A DNA stretch of 62,575 nucleotides, counting the filler, from Choristocarpus tenellus KU-1152 (taxonomy: Eukaryota > Protista > Phaeophyceae): assembly GCA_964200185.2 (NCBI GenBank). It is 9 parts of 9 records of this genome, joined end to end, with 100 filler letters (N's around TTAATTAATTAA, not from the genome) between each part and the next. Parts side by side here need not be neighbours in the genome. Positions count along the whole stretch, not along the records: positions 50,910 to 62,575 come from CAXNAD020002193.1; 8 more parts are not named here. The stretch is one strand, 5' to 3'. Below are positions 61,480 to 62,575 of this stretch, in pieces. How positions within the stretch are numbered: position 1 is the stretch's first letter; every line of letters begins with the position of its first letter. A program made the position numbers and the translations under genes. The notes beneath the pieces were generated by a model that was given only the letters and a program-made list of their open reading frames with translations, ran no database searches and was not told where the DNA came from.

Positions 61480-62497
61480 ACTATCCCAGCCTTTGATCAG
61501 GGGCACTATACACTACTCTATTCACACATCTCTTTGAAGTACCTAGTACTAAAGTAATAACTGTTGCACTATGACTAATTGTGCTGCCTCCGTTCATGCC
61601 TTGCTTTTAGCGTATTGGGTTCAGAGATCCCACCCTCTCATTGCTCCCTCTCCTCACTCAAATCTTATACTGGACGCACCTTGGCATTTTTCCACTATGA
61701 ATCCTTGCCACCATGTTTGGACCTCCGTGATTCTGTGGTGTAGAAACAGCATGAGGCAGTAGTAGTGGATCGGGGTCAAATTCTACAGGGTCAAAATGAT
61801 GTGTAACAACGAAGAAATAAAAGGTGCTAATAGCTTTTCTTAAGCATTTTTGTTTGGAAATACTTCAAATCCTAACCTCCCCATGTGCAACGATTTTTGT
61901 TATCCATTTTGTCCATAATTGCTCAACAGGTCCTACCTATTAACCAACCCTCACTAACTCACCCATGTCTTATTTTTGTTGCCATTTTTTCACCTCCCTT
62001 CGTATTGGTGACACGCATTTTTCTTTTTTTATCTTCCCCACAGCTCTTGAACCCTTGACGCTTGATCTCACCACCACCTATAGCCCTCCCTGTCCCAATT
62101 CTTGCTCTGTTGATCCTTCACGCCTTGCCCTTATTTACCAAACCTCAAATCCCAATCCGTTGTCTTCACACACCTCTCGTACCATTCCCTCCACTCTATA
62201 CAAGATATTTTCACAACACAGAACAAACCTGGAAACTCATTGTACCTCGTGGGGGAATGACTCCTCTGCGCTCTTAAAAAGAAGGAAAATATACCCGAAC
62301 CCGAACCCGAACCCTTTTCCCCCCAAAACAATTCAGGGCGTAACATGAAGAGTCGTCATTCATGCACAGCTCACAGCCTACAAAGGTTACCATTTATGTT
62401 CATATTTATATATTGCATACCCTCCTCTTTGTTTGCCCTCACATCCAATATGGATACTCCAGCGTAATTTAATCTGCTATGATCTAAGCCCAACTGA

Positions 62498-62575
62498 GGC
62501 TCAAAGTATCTGGGAGGGGGTGGCAGCTGTCCATTTGGGGTCAATTTTTTCATATCACGATTTTTGGGTGATTTG
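62498..62575 (+). mobile_element. MITE family B, cut by the window end
   Basis: ggctcaaagtatctgggagggggtggcagctgtccatttgggg... Confidence 0.85.

Overview
This is eukaryotic genomic DNA and it is not contiguous. Eight identical 100-nt artificial linkers (N44-TTAATTAATTAA-N44) split it into nine contigs, so adjacency across a linker carries no biological meaning. I reconstructed six spliced, partial host genes by hand from splice sites, reading phase and protein motifs: a WD40-repeat protein, a type II membrane glycosyltransferase-like protein, U2AF65/U2AF2, a Nab2/ZC3H14-like PWI protein, a DDX55/Spb4 helicase divergent from it, and a PH-domain protein. There is also an intact tRNA-Arg(UCU). 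The rest is mostly transposon debris (Ty1/copia, Ty3/gypsy, mariner, pogo-like, Harbinger-like) and multi-copy MITEs. Short exons, kb-scale introns and TTAGGG repeats would fit a stramenopile such as a brown alga, but that is inference only. I found no well-supported new multi-gene system. The best leads are: (i) short interstitial TTAGGG arrays throughout introns, including a head-to-head palindrome and a tract inside an exon; (ii) MITE families with different interiors that share a terminal G-N4-AAAGTATCT motif and make 3-bp TSDs not restricted to TWA; (iii) a high share of AAG 3' splice sites plus a GC-AG intron. All family calls come from motif recognition by eye; no database searches were run.
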